NCBI RefSeq assembly: GCF_026571515.1
Contig: NW_026864538.1
Coordinates: 248,001-312,000, forward strand
Length of the DNA stretch: 64,000 nt
Origin: Ruditapes philippinarum
Lineage: Eukaryota
Direction of reading: 5' to 3'
Of this stretch, positions 13,691-28,455 are shown in pieces (position 1 is the stretch's first letter; every line of letters starts with the position of its first letter). The notes under the pieces were generated by a model, which was given only the letters and a program-made list of their open reading frames with translations, was not told where the DNA came from and searched no databases. A program made the position numbers and the translations under genes.

Positions 13691-14925
13691 TGATCCTAAA
13701 AGAAACCTACCATCCTACTATTATATATCGGATTTTAAAATATGGAGATTGGGCACCGTATAAATTTATACTCAGTATTTTTAAGACTAAGAAATATCTT
13801 TCTCGTTGCTTAAGTATTATATTTGAAAAAAATAATCAAATAGTATCAAATTACATGGTTGATTTAATCTTAGTGAATATTTCCTGAAAATTTGGACATT
13901 AAGTTTTTTCTTAACAAAACATACTGTTTATTTTGGTTGTTAAAGATATTTTGATATACAAACGTTAGGTGCAGATGGGTTCTGTTTAAAGTCACAATAG
14001 AGCTTATATCAGTCTTTATATTGACTCATTACTTCAAGTTGTACAAACATTTGTCCGCTGTTGACACTAGTCTCAATTACAGATTTTATCTGAAATACCT
14101 TGAATATATCGCTGAACGAACGCTTAATTTTGTTTAACACTCCCAAAGTGACCACTTGACACAATGGGACAAAACCTTACAGCAACAAATATGTCTCATG
14201 GTGGGTGTTATTTCATTAACTAGTTGAATTTGGAGAAAAAATGCTTCATTACCACTGAAATCGATGCACAAAATTTTGCAAATGAACTATCAAATATTGC
14301 AAGAGAACATTGAACATGTTATATGTTTTGTCCGACGGGATGGAAGATAAATGAATGTTGTAATCTCCATTGACAGTTACCGAAGCCGTGTAGAGACACT
14401 CATGGTATTTGAAGTCTGTAGTGCGATATTTCACTGTAATGACATTGTACCACGAATTATTAACAGTTCATTTGTAGTCTGGGCATGTTCATGTTTGATA
14501 TGTGTCTTTGGTGCCATGTTTTATGTTTGATGTGCTTCTGTGCTCCTTTCTGGTGGTCCTATTTCGGGGATGCGTTCATGAGTTCCGCCTTACCTTGATG
14601 ATTTTTTATGTGTTTCATGCATGTATTTGTTTCACGGACTATACGAATAAGTAAAATCTTTTTTTATGAATTCAATTTCAAGATGTATTTCGTAATAAAT
14701 TGACGATGTTTCTAAAATGATTTGTCGGTCAAAAGAGTTTTGGAAAAAGTATTTATAAGATACTGTGGCCCAGTCCAAATAATCCTTAAATAATGCATGC
14801 TGTTTTTGCTTTAGTCCAAAGAGTTCTTGAACTTTCTGATTTAATATGTTTTAATTAAACCAGTCCAAATAGTCACTGTAAATCAGTCTTTCTTTTATTT
14901 TAATAACTCTCAAAACCAATGGATT

Positions 14926-15253
14926 TTAAAGCTCCAAATTCATACTAATTTTCATGAAAATTTTGAAAATGTGTTTATTACTATAATTTAGTGAAATTAC
15001 CAAAAGAAAGCAATTTAGAGATCATCAATGGCATTTACAACCCACGTTAATTACTATAAAGAGGTATAAATATGCAGTAGTAACGCAGTAGAAGTTAAGT
15101 TATTCATACTGAAAAATCAGTCATAAATTGCACATAACATATAAATTATTACTTGAGTCTTGAATATATTTACTTTTCCTTAAATCGTAGTACATTTTTC
15201 TCAAGTTTGATTTTATTGAAAAAATTTCTCTCATCTGGAGGCATGCAGCTTTG
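14926..15253. mobile_element. ~330-350 bp MITE with AAGC(T/A)GCA(C/T)GCCTCCAGAT ends (copy 1)
   Basis: Right end ...TCATCTGGAGGCATGCAGCTTTG, left end degenerate. The interior is the reverse complement of the copy at 51879-52230. Confidence 0.65.
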
Positions 15254-16204
15254 AATCTAACATTATTTGTTGTGTGAACACATTTTGATAGTCCAAGGAA
15301 TTCTGAAATTACTTTTGTTGTATGAATAGTCTAAAGATTTTCTGAAACTGTAAAGTTTAATATCTCAATATCTGGGAAAAAAGATCCATTAAAAGCATTA
15401 AAAAAAGCAAAATTACATGAAAATTACAGACGCGGTTTGATTGAGTCTGTACATGTGGAAAAATAAAAAGTGCAACATCCATCATGCCCCCTAACACCGG
15501 CTTGAACAGTACTCAATTCTCAACACTTAAAGTGCTGGACTCGATGATCTCGAAAAACCAGAAAAATACAACAGCAGTGAAGTACTCAAACAAAAATGAA
15601 ATTTTGTCAAAATTTATCTGGAAATGGGGAGGTCCTTCGCAAAGGCGTAAGAGTTTCTGAAATAAGTAAAGCACAGTGTTATGAATTTGAAAATTTTCTG
15701 GAAGTTTAAAATGATGTTTGAGACCAATGGAAAATGTTTCTAAAAATACTTATTTTTTATTTCAGAATCTTAAAAGGTTTCTGAAAATGTTAGTTATGAT
15801 TTATATCTAACCTGAAAGTGAGTTTCTGAAATAATGTATCAACAGCTTCTGATATGTTCATTTTGTTCATTCTTCATTTCAAAAAGTTTCTAATTTGTTT
15901 GTGTTAATTCTGTAAGTTGATAAGTAGAAATAGTTTCTGAAATCATCACGAGATGAAAAAATGAAAGAATATAATCAGAAGAAGGCATTGTTGACCATTT
16001 GTAAACAAAGCACGATATAATAACATGAAAATATTTATTATCTGTGGCAAAAATATATTCACTATATCATCATTACTATTAACTATCATTTAGTATTACA
16101 TCATCATTTTTTTATCTTAGGGAGTGCTTGCAATAATGCAAAATGTGGGAAAAAAATAAATCGCTTAGCTAAAACTTGAATAAAAAGCAACAAAAACAAA
16201 CATG

Positions 16205-19200
16205 TTAGGGCATTTTTTCAATATCACTCCGGACTTTAAGCACATTTTTCACTAGAGTATTACCAAATTTATTTGGTACAGTATTGTCTAGCACTCTGCT
16301 GCGTGGAGAGTCATTTTTAGTTCCCCAATCTCTATAATGATGAAGAAAAGCTAATTCTGGTGGCACGACCTTCGTGTTCACATCTGGTACTTCGTGTATC
16401 ATTAAATGTGAAACATTTGCAGTTTTGGCTATATATTTTGAGCGGCTTCTTGGCGCAAATAATTTCTTTTCATGTTGTAACTTCTGGAGAGTAACTAATT
16501 GAAGTTTGTCCACCAATGATTTGTTTTGTATATCAATATCTGAATTGTCCCACTCTTTTTTAAAGAACGTGTTTCTGAATAAATATGCGTTAAAGTTTTG
16601 TTTAACTTGTTGAATAATGTCTGACCATGACTTTGTTTTGTTATCATGTGGTATTATGAATTCATCTAGATCGAGGTTTACAATAAATTCCGAGATGCCC
16701 TTATTTCTGTACAAACAATCATGTAAAGCGGCAACTTGACCAAAATAATGAAGTTCTGGTTTATTATTAGACCTTGGCAAGGTATCTACTTTAACCGGTA
16801 AATTCCATGGCACTACTTTAATTATCCCTTGTTTGGAGTAATATTCTAGAACATTTTGTACGTCACTTCCGGAAGAGTAATTGTAAACAATGAATTGTTC
16901 TGCGCCGAGAATTCTATTCAATTCTATCCATTCTATGATTTCATAATCACGATTATATCGAAAATTCAATGGCGTTAGACAAACAGTGAACATTCTATGT
17001 GTGTCCCGATGTTGGTCATATTCAGTATTGACAATGTGGAGTTCCAGCAAATGTTCAGGCTTCCTGCATTTTTCTTGCACCATGGAGACGTGCGTAGGGA
17101 ATTCATGACCAGTTGATTTTGAAAGTAAGCATTGAAACAAAACAGGCGTATATCTGAAATAAAGAGAACAAAATATGCTTAAACAGTCGGTAGCAACATA
17201 ACTTGTATAACGTTATATGTTAATTGTCGTTTATATTACCACATCTGTGAAAATGGTTATATTGTAACAGTTAAAAATATTTCTGACAGATTTTATGACC
17301 AAATATGTACGGTTGTAAACTTATATAACCAGAGTCGCTATGCTATGGTTATATTGCAAGCAGCCGTTTTTACACTGACATATAATCCGTCAAAATCTTT
17401 AATACGAATTTATAGTACAGCAAAATTGCTTTATGTCAACATTTCAATTTGTTGTATATTTGTCTGAAGAAGTTTACTCTGTTTGATAATTGTCAAGAAT
17501 AACAACTACACTTTGAAAATTGAAATGACCATTTAATGATAATTGACAGAAAAACATACAAAACAATGTTGATATGAAATTTATAATATAACATAAAATT
17601 GTATACAAAGCAAGCAAACATTTCTGAAAAAATGTATATAAAATTATATGCACACATATCCCAAAAAATATCAAAGGTTGGGTTCTAAAATAGTGCTTAA
17701 AACTGCATATAAAAAAATATACACATGTCCTGAAGTTTAAAGAACAATCATTTGTATATAGAATTATATACATACACAAACACCCTATTGATGTGCATAA
17801 ATTTGTTATAAATTGAAAATGCTGAATGTGGGTGGAATGGTGGTTTATTGAAAATTGTTATGAATCTTTTTTCTTCTAAAATGGCCGACTTAATTAATCT
17901 ACAAAAATTAGCACATTGTACTTACTTGTAACGATAACCTTATTGTACTTACTAGTACGTACTAGTTTCGAACCCAATATATTTAGTCCTATGACTTGAG
18001 ACCTAATGAAACCCACCATCAAGCTTGTAAGTGACCATAAAAACATTTAATTTGCAGTAAATTCAGTTTTATGTCAGCATTTCAATTTGCTGTATTTTTG
18101 CCTGAAGAAGTTTTCTCTGTTTGATAATTTTCAAGAATAACAACTACGCTTTAAAAATTGAAATGGCCTTTTAATAATAAATGACGGAAAAACATACATG
18201 TATAAAACAATGTCGATATGAAGTTATAAAATAACATAAAATTGTATACAAAACAAACAAATATTTCTGAAAAATGTGTATAAAATTATATACACACATA
18301 TCCCAAAAAATATCAGAGGTTGGGTTCTAAGAATATTTCCACAAATTGTGTAAAACACACGTCGCGATTATCCAATAAGTTTTGAAGTAAAGTAATATAA
18401 TATCATCACACATCGAGTGAGTAAATCCCTGAAAATGATTGCTTAAAGCAGATATACATATAAACTGTTATTATACTAAAAATAAATATAACATAAACTT
18501 GTCCAAATTAATCTACATTTCGATTTTTTTTCTAAATGTACATTTTGATGTTGTAGAATTTTCTATATAGATTTCTATTACTGATATATAGGATGTAAAA
18601 GTTTGTTTTTTATAAAACAAGAATAATAAAATTATAAGATTTACAAGTTTGCTCTTTCAAAAAAATGACATTTTTATGAAAACCAAAGAGCTGCCTCGGT
18701 ACTTCAGTATATAATAGCACCACCATTTTTAGAGAGTACCAATAGTCGAATTTTTCACAAATACTCCAGTACAAGTTCCAGTAATACATGTCTGATCATT
18801 ACATACATGTTTATGTACTACTGATAAAGTATTTGGCTGACATTACTTTTTTCTCAAATTATAAAATAATGAACGAATTATTTAATTAAATAATTAATGG
18901 TGAATGAATGAATGAACAATAGTTTGATACCTTAAACCATGCCCCTCCGGTACGGTTATGATTTCAGCTTGCTTAATCTTCATTTCCATTTTTTGTTGTG
19001 TTTGATTTTGATACCAAATCTGACAATAGTATGGTTTAATGTTCATAGCTTTAATTCCAATTACAACAATCTTCTGTCTATTAACAAGATACGCTGAAAA
19101 CACAAATGCCGATCTATTTTTGTCTACTTTACTCCAACTTTCTTTCCGAGCTAATAAAACCGCGAACAAAACCTGACCACAACCACTAGCACTATGCGAA

Positions 19201-19454
19201 ATGGTTTTATTTAATTTCCAAATGCCGAATTTCCGATGCTCTAACAGTTTGTCCAAATGTTCCTTTCTGTTAGTATCCTGACGACTTAATGTTAAATTTT
19301 TAATCCTATTTTTAGGTTTATATTCAGATACGTTGCTTAAATTATTCACATAAAATAAATACAATAAGAACACTATAACAAAACATCCTGGTATTGTTTT
19401 AGAGTACTTTCTCAATCTTAACCTCATCTTTCTATTTTTCAATATTTTACACAT
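16205..19454 (-). CDS. GT92 copy E, intact (exon 1 19454/19427-18931, intron 18930-17154, exon 2 17153-16205; 481-490 aa)
   Basis: MRLRLRK tail plus TM helix; VPEGHGL-R|YTPVLFQC across a phase-2 GT/AG intron; VCLTPL, EIIEWIELNRILGA, LHYFGQVAALHDC, NLDLDEFIIP, RSKY, FLHHYRDW. No interruptions. Confidence 0.92.
17430..18330. repeat. ~260-bp direct duplication inside the intron of copy E (17430-17690 and 18070-18330)
   Basis: Both copies run TTATGTCA.CATTTCAATTTG...CTGAAGAAGTT...GAATAACAACTAC...GGTTGGGTTCTAA. Confidence 0.85.
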
Positions 19455-19585
19455 CTATAGCTCGTTCTCTTCTCTTGTATTGAAGCTATTAACAGCTCAT
19501 TTATCTTTACAGAGACAAACTGATACTACGGGGACATATTCCCTGCCTCTTGTTCTAGAACAATTTTGTTTGTCATTTTACAACA

Positions 19586-19588
<3 letters not shown>

Positions 19589-19669
<81 letters not shown>
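19589..19669. repeat. (AT)n microsatellite, ~40 units
   Basis: Pure AT run seen directly, ~135 bp upstream of the copy E start. Confidence 0.97.
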
Positions 19670-19670
<1 letters not shown>

Positions 19671-21332
19671 CGCATACCACAACGTTTATATCTGTATTAA
19701 TTATAGACTATAAGAATCTATTAGTGTATATAAATAATTAAGCGGCGTCCTGGAATAGCCTAAGGTTACTTAACAACAAAAGTCATAAATAGATCTTCCG
19801 CCTCTAAATTCAGCTGCTAAAGTGATAGCAAACTTTCTCTTTGTTGTCAATTATTCATGCATGTAGTGAAACTATTGATCTTTTAGGTGTCGCTTACACT
19901 GTCGGATAATTCAATTTTGGAATTGGAAATCTCACAGCAGATCCGAAAGTAATGACATCAAGCGACAACATTGTCTCCTTTTATCACTTGAGGCCAAAAC
20001 AATATTTTTCTCTCGCTTATTCCACTGTAATGAATATAATTGCAAGGAATTAAGAGTTTGAATACGGACAGTTTTTTTTCTTAAACAGTTATGCAGAACA
20101 TCGACATGGAGGTATTAAGAAGTGTTAAATGTAAAGAAATAAATCCAGGCAGCTATCATTTTACTTTTCGCCGATATAGAACAATTATATACCCAGTGAT
20201 ATTTATTATTTACTATGTCAACCATTTTGGTTATCCTTATGACAATTACTAGATTTTACTCAGGGGAACGAGCCTGAAATGAGGGTTTGGATATAGTATG
20301 TTTTTGCAAAAATGTCGGTTAAAAGACTCTTTGAAATTAACATTTCCCATACATCTTGTAAATGTAACTTGTTTCTTATATGATTAAATAAAAATGTTTG
20401 AACAGTTGTTTAGTGATTCTAGATTGGCTTAACACTGAAAATGAAAATACTGCCTACTGTTTAAAAAGAAAAATTATATGAACAAAACCAACAAATATTT
20501 TATAAACGCTATGTTTGGCATACGATATCTTTGTTGAACGGACGTAAGATATTCACTACCATATCTGGTAAAGTTCTTGAATAAAGTCATTTGCTATTAA
20601 TGTTTATTTCTATCTTTTGTTTAAGCAATGTACATTCTGAAGTAAGCGTAAGTACAAAAATTTAAAAGAACAAGAAGTTAATTAAAAATACATGACCAAA
20701 GAGAATAATATAGAAAATAGGTAAAGCTAAAAAAAAGGTGAACGGTTAATTTTTGCTGTTATTTAACTCTTCTACAGATCTTGTCACAACGATGCGATAA
20801 TATGATTTTGATGGAACAAATATTACCATGTTCTATCAAAGACATAATGTACACACGGAGCACGCAAAACTTCGCTTTTGTATATTCCGTTAAAACGTTG
20901 ATATGCGGTGCCTTAGGTGGACCAGTCAAAATTATCGGTCTCCACAGTTTAAATGTGACCATTAATTATTGACAAAAAAACAAGCGGCCAATACCTGTGT
21001 AAAATAAATTAATAAATACATAAACAAACAAACAAACAAACAAACAAACGTGATTTGTATTATCAACATATGTTCAATAACACATGCTACATATCTCATT
21101 TAAAAATATGTTTATCATTATAAAAGTAGTATAGAAGACATTTCAATAATTCAGTGATATGTTTTAGACAGCTCCGTTGATCGATAAATGTATATATTTT
21201 CTCTATTTTCTCGGACACAAATATTGTCGTTATAGTTTCACAATCGCTCAAATATACTGTGTATCAATAAGGAAGAGTGTTCATTTAATAACCTGCAAGT
21301 TCATAAAAGTTGTGAAATTTGGTTGTATAGAA

Positions 21333-24300
21333 ATGCGAGTTCATATAAAGAGACTGTGTTTGGGACTTATGTATATATGGGGAATTGCGCTCTTCATGTA
21401 CATCGCAAAGTTTAACAACCATAACAAATTTAAAACTTATTTCGGGAAACATCTTACAGATATTGAAAAGACTGCCAATTCGCATGCCGATAAATTGTTA
21501 ACCTCTGATCGTACAAATGATTATGTCGTTCAGACACCTAAAGGTAGACATGGAACTACCAGCAAAATTGATGACATTACAAGAAGCAAATACCTCGCTA
21601 GTCCTAAGTTTAGGCAAATACAGAAAGCCAAACAGAACGAAAAATTTGAAGCAAAGAATAAAGGAGGTTTATGCAACTTAACAATATTTCATGCTGATTT
21701 AGAAACAAGAGCAAACACCTGGCAGCAAGTTGACATGAAAAAATCCATGTATGTGTTTTCTGCCTATTATACTCAATCTAAGGTTTACATTATTGGAGTA
21801 AAACCCCGAAAATCAGTTCGAGTGATTTGTCAGCTGTGGTCATGGGATGTTAATGGGTATTTAACTGTAACACAAGAAACAATGGCAACAGAAACTGCAA
21901 TGCCGGATGGATATAATCAAACGTTTGTATCAAAGGGTTTTATTAACTTTTATATATGATTCAGTAAACGAATCACTATTTATTTCTTTATCAATTTGGT
22001 TAAACAAAAAAGTCTAAATACATGTATGTATTACACTTTATACAGGGGTTTTAATAAGATTTGTTTGTAATTGTTTCTGACCATACTCGTACAACTTTAC
22101 TATGAGTGACACATTTTAGATATCCTGACGCAAACTCATTACATCCCTTCCTGAAGGTCAATGTTCGGATTATATTTACTTATAATGTTTCCAGCAAAAC
22201 TTTTAACAAACAAGTTTTATATTAGTATTTGTTGTAGAGAAATATTATATATAATGATAAAGAAACATAACTAGGACATGATGTAACTGGTTAAGTTGAA
22301 GATTCTGTTCCAATATTTCCAGCTTGTTGTTAATTATTTTATAAGAATAACCAATGGGGAACAATACATATAGACATCTGTTTTTTTAACTGAACTATCC
22401 CAGGGTTCATATAGACAGTCAATGCAAAAATTCAAGCTTTTTTCCTCAACATAAATGTCCCATTTACATCATCAAACTAAACGTCCTCAGCCAATGTCAT
22501 ATCTTTAAATCAGTAGGCATGAAATTTAAAACTTGTCAATGGAAAAGAAAAGAAAAATAATTCAGTATCTTTCTACCCTTCATGATGATGATTGTCATCC
22601 ATATTTTATCAAATAGATCTAGTTGCTGTGCTTCTTTTTGACGTTTCTCGGATTTCACATATTCTGGGGCAAGACTGAAATGTCAACCTCTACTTTTCTT
22701 TTGTATAGATATGATCAACTGTATATACAAAATCTCGATCTTTCTGGGTGGTTGAGGACGATATGCTGTGATAATTGTTGTTCTATTTATTAATATTCTA
22801 ATGCCTTAAGCAAGAACGTTAATTTGCTACTCTATACATTGCTGAAACACCATGTTTATCTTTTCATTTGTGTACATAATCACCTAGTCGCGGGTTCATT
22901 AACAGAATATCAGGACCGTGATTTAATTTTCATTGTTTTATAAAACTAAAATTGATCGTATTTTCCTAGAATTAAATGGTAATGTAAAAAATGCTGATTT
23001 GCACAAAATGAAAAATTTGGAAACAAAGCATTAACCACAGCAACATTGCATGAAAATTGCAGACTCAGTTTTATTGAGTCTGTACATAATATAAAAAGAT
23101 CGGATCAATTTTATGATCAGGATCAATATTTAGATCAACTGTAAAATGCCGAAATCTTTTTAAAACTACGAAAAAATACCAAAATAGGTCGGAATATGCG
23201 AAAAATAGTCCGTACTGTGGTAGTAACGACGTAAAAATATGGTAATGAATACGCCAATGTCAGTTATAATTACATATGACATGTAAATTATTTCTTGAAT
23301 TGTCAATATTTTCATTTCTCTAAAAATTTTAGTACATTTTCGTCAATGTTGATTATCTTGAAATATTTTTGGCTCATCTGGAGGCATGCAGCTTTAAAAC
23401 TGGGATGAATAAAAATTAGATAAGCGGACACTATGATCGTTGAACCTATAATACATGTATGTCAAAGAATATTGGCAGAACTTTGCTCGTGTAAAACACA
23501 GAAACATGAAAATAAACCAAAGCAGTTTTGCATGTATAAACTTTAATAAGAATGTTAATTACCCATTTCTTGTAAAAAGAATAAAAAATTCTCAAACATA
23601 TGACTGATGATATTCTATGCAATAAATGTCATCTTAAATTTCATAACAGACTGAATATGAAATACACAATAGTTGTAAGATAGCGACTTCGTCGCCAAAT
23701 GAAACCACTTTGATAAAACAGATAAACGTTTTTTAGAATATTATTTATGTATAACACTGACATTGATTATATACGACAGTAAATAGCCTAATTTTCAAAC
23801 CACATGAGTTATATGGATTGGTGTTTACCATGACAACATGTATATTTTCAGATTTGCATCAACAATTTACAAATGTTCAATCAATCATCCAGACATACCT
23901 GCGTATGTATCAATGGTAATAGAGTCCTGTGACAGCCCTTTAAACCTGATCCGCGTACACGATGTGGCAACAGTGCAATACAATGCACAGTTCACTGTAT
24001 GTCTCTCTCCACTGAACTTCCGGTATGGTCGTGCATATGAATTGGTAGAATGGATTGAGCTGAATAAAATTCTCGGAGCAGATAAATTTGTAATTTATAA
24101 TTATTCCAGCGCTGTTAATGTAGCCCAGGTTCTAGATTATTATACCAAAAGGAACACGACAGAAGTTATACAATGGCAACTGCCAATGGGAGTTGATACA
24201 TTTCCAAAAACAAATCAAATAGTAGAAATACATTATTTTGGCCAGACAGCCGCTCTCAATGACTGTTTGTTCAGGAATAAGAAATTGTCTGAATATGTTG

Positions 24301-24788
24301 TTAACCTTGACGTAGACGAGTTTATAATTCCGCACTCTAAACATACAAATAATTGGAATGATATCATAAACCAACAAGGAAAATTTTCAGTATATTTATT
24401 CAAGAATACATTCTTCAGAAAAGACTGGGGAAAATTGGATATTCCTTTTGATAGCAAGAAATTAGCCGATGAATTTCGGCTAGTAACATTACAAGTATTT
24501 CACCACGAAGCAAAGATATTTCCAGGAAAGTTGAGATCCAAATATATCGCGAAAACTGCAGATATTGACTACATGTTGGTACATGAAGTTCCGCGTTCTC
24601 GTTGGGTGACTGTACCTGCAAACATTAGTCTATTACACCATTATCGAAATTGGGAGAACCCAAAGGACAAACTCCAGAGAGTAACTGACACAACTGTAAT
24701 GGAAAAATTTAGAACATTACTTACAAAAAATGTTCAAAAAGTATGGAAGGACCTTTCACACGTTAAGATGGATATTCCAATAACTTAA
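21333..24788 (+). CDS. GT92 copy F, intact (exon 1 21333-21922, intron 21923-23851, exon 2 23852-24788; 508 aa)
   Basis: MRVHIKR plus TM helix; MPDGYNQ-T|FASTIYKC across a phase-2 GT/AG intron; VCLSPL, RAYELVEWIELNKILGA, IHYFGQTAALNDC, NLDVDEFIIP, RSKY, LLHHYRNW. Confidence 0.92.
23150..23398. mobile_element. Partial copy of the same MITE, in the intron of copy F
   Basis: Ends GCTCATCTGGAGGCATGCAGCTTTAAA. The interior resembles 15080-15253. Confidence 0.6.
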
Positions 24789-27700
24789 AATGAAATAAAT
24801 ATTAAATAGAGCAAAACAACAGTTTAACAAGGGCATGCTATGTCGCAATAATTTCTGTTACATGTAAGATATAATTATTTGTACGAACGAATGCATTCAT
24901 AGTTTAAAGGAACTCCACTGAGGTCCAACACATAGAACAACTGGGACACTTAAAACAGAAAAAAATGCAAAAGTTAATTCCAATACTATATTGAAAAAAA
25001 TATTTTCATGCTCTCTTTTTTGTCCGATTTGTGTGAAAACGTTGCAACGTTTTTCAATTTTGTGTCAATTTTTATGAAGTGAAAAATTCAGAGTGATATA
25101 ATGATTAGAAATTTGTACAAAAGAAATTGCTCTAGACCTACATCAAACGGGATATTAATCTCGGAAAGTTAGTTTCAGTCCCGTCATGTCAAAGAAAAAC
25201 TTAGTGGTGTCCATTAAATGAGCGGCGGTATATAGTACATTTTCTCCACACTTAATGTATGACACAGTTTCAATAATAATGATTAATTGGAAATTCCCTA
25301 ATTAATGAATACATAATATTTTGTCTAGCCGATGCGTTACGTCCTGTTTTCATTGATGATCGAAATATAAGCTCGTCTCTGGAGTATCAGAAGTCTTTTT
25401 TTTCTCCCCAACCCCCTCTCCAACAATTTATTCAATCTTTAGCGGTGTCCTATTGCAATCGTTTAACTGTCATTGAATGATGCAGGCGGTATCTGATACA
25501 GAGTATATTTTAACCTTTAAAAATAGCAGGCGATATTTCCCAAACTGTAATTTGAGAAGTTTTCAACACAAATAAAATAAAGGCAGATAATTTCCAAACA
25601 ACATCAACCATTGTTCTTTTCCAGTAGCTTTTGTCATTAGTTAACTTTCAGCTCGATTTAATTAGAATCCAAACATCAAATTTAAGTTTAGAAAAGGATT
25701 TACAACAGTTCGTTTTATGACATTTTTTCGCACAAAAGAAAAAAAACGATGATTAAAAATATATTTATGAAATAAATTCTATCATAAACTAACTTTCAGT
25801 TTAATCGACAATTTCTCAATTTCTGTTACATTTTAACACCAGGTGTAAGCAGTATCCAGAATCCAAATCGCATTCAACGAGAAATACTGACGAGAAAGGG
25901 AAGAGTTGTGTCAAGGCACATGGAATATTAAAACAAGAAGTAAGGACATTTTCTTTGCAAAAGAAATTGAATTCAAATATATTCTGTTTGTTTTACATAA
26001 CTCGTTTTTGTTCCAAATACCGGGGGGAAAAGTGTTCTCGGTATCACAATTTTGAGGATCCGCGCGCATCGTATGACCCGCCACAAATATTTTTACAGTA
26101 CGATAATCCCAAAGAAAAGACACTTATTGATACTTATTGATTGTATATATACAATATACTTTAGATATACTTTTCAGTAATATGAACAAACGGGAGATAA
26201 TCGTTAATGGTGGTGAATAAAAAAGGATATACAGTTGTCAACCTTGATTTAAAAACTGAAATGCACGGTAGTGATACTATCTATTCGGAGGTCAAATCAT
26301 GTTTTCTTATAAAAGTATTTATCAACGTATAGAATAAAGGAAAAAATGTGAAATCAAAATGCCTCACTTATCAGAAGTCGTATTTATAAACTGATTTTAA
26401 CCATTTCCGTCAGAAAACTGGAAAAAAGTGAAAGGAAACGAAATATATTTCTGTTTTTCATTGCTTTTTCAACTATGATGTCCATGTATTTACGATATTT
26501 AGGTTAAGGCACATCAAACTTGTGAATGTTCTACTACTCAACATCAATTTAGAGTTGCTGAATTGCAAAATAGAGAAGAGTTTTGACTAAAAAAAGTTTA
26601 AAGTTAATAAATATTATATGGAAATGTAACCATTGGAGTGACTTATTGATTCCAAGTCAGTATGTGACAGTGTTGCACAAGTTTGAAACTGAACGTTACA
26701 CACATACTGCTATGTCAAAATTCTATTTTAAGACTAGGTATTAAATAAAAATATTTTCATAAATATGTAGTCAATATATCAATATTGTGCATCCGTGTAA
26801 TAAATTTGGGTTAAATACCCTACTTTACGTATTCAAAACATTTCACGTGTTTCGACATATATTTTTGACCCGCCATTTTATTCAATTTGTCTGTTTTCAC
26901 GTCGTTTTTCCCCCAAAGGATATTGCGTTTGTCAACTAGATTAAAACTGATTTATATTCCCATGAACAAAAATATTCATAGAACAAACCTTAATACATAG
27001 AATTAAAATTCGATCGCTTTATACCTGACATAGTAATATCTTTCTTGCATTTATTTACATTTGTCTGCTTTCTGTTGACCGCATAACGGAAGAAAGTAAA
27101 AAAAATCATACACTTAAGTAGACCTCACTTGAAAGATTGTGTAATTTTGGCGTATCTTAATGAAAGTGACATTTCTTTTATTATTTTGTTTTCGTCTTTG
27201 TTAAAAAATATCATTAAAACCAACGTATTTCAAATACACGTAATATATGAACGAACTATGAACAATCGCGTACGTTCTTTTAATTCCGTACAATTCCGCG
27301 GAATGCATTATGTATGGTTACCCGACTGTCGCAAGCGTAATAATACCTATAGTTTGTTAGAATGGGTACCAAGTAATCAAATCTGGCGGAGAAGTAGACA
27401 TGTTGCGGCGGAAAATCTTCTTTTCATATATTTTTAACTTATTACCTATAAGATCAGATGTATCAAGTATAATTTATATAGTGATTCTTTCTTTTCAATT
27501 TCTTTATTCCATAAATCATCGAACCGATCGGCCATGTTGTACGATGATTTAGAATTTACAAATAATTTTCATACAAAAACAACAGGTCTTGAATCCCCTG
27601 TAGAAACGTTTTTATTAATTCTAATTTATTTTTTTGGAATATTTCTGAAACTGTATTATTTTAATTTAGCCTTGTAGGTAAGTAAGCCTGAAACTTATAT

Positions 27701-28455
27701 TGATTTACAAAGATAATTTTCAATCTCATAAAGCGTAAAATGGCATGAATGAAAATGGATTTACAAGTTACTCGTTATGGTGTACTGATGTGCATTGCTG
27801 TATGAGTGTATTTATCATTTGAAAAACAAAAATCACCAAAAATACTATTTGGATAACTTGTGGTAAACCTATCGCTTGAAATTTATGAAAATATTGTTGT
27901 GTAATTTTTAGCCCTACAGCATGGGTAATTAAAGAAATAAGAAAGGGAAAGGACAATTTTTTAATAAGGCTACTGGAATTCATAGTTTGAAGTATAAAAG
28001 GAAAATTGTTATGAAAGACGAAAAGTTGAGAAAAAGCTGAGGAATCTGAAACATGTGGATCCATACTATATTAGGCATAAAAACAAGGTTTGAAATATAC
28101 ACTTAGTAAAATAATTTTCAGAGAGCAAGAAAATTTTAATGTTTGTTCGATAAAGAAAAAGAAAGATTTGTATAACTTCATTAAAAGATAATCTAGAAGG
28201 TTACAGAGTACTTTACAAGCATAAACTTAAAGATCATATTTTAGAAATATCTTCACATGTCAGAAGCTCACATTAAAGCTCTTTCAAATGACAATGTAAT
28301 TGTCCTAGAAATTGATAAAAAAAGGAATGGTTTTTATACAATCATTACCTGTAAATGCCCAGGATGTGGTGGTAAGACCTTTTAACTGGAAAACAGTGAC
28401 ATATCAATGTTCGTACTGTTTGGGGTAGCATGGTTGTAGGAGAAGGTTTACATCT

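Noticed and set aside
21177-21332. 52-aa N-terminal extension of copy F in the ORF track (similar 5' extensions at 5924, 3873, 23838, 39395)
   Set aside because: These are non-ATG or intronic starts. Paralogue comparison places the true start at the basic tail and the exon 2 starts at the AG acceptors.
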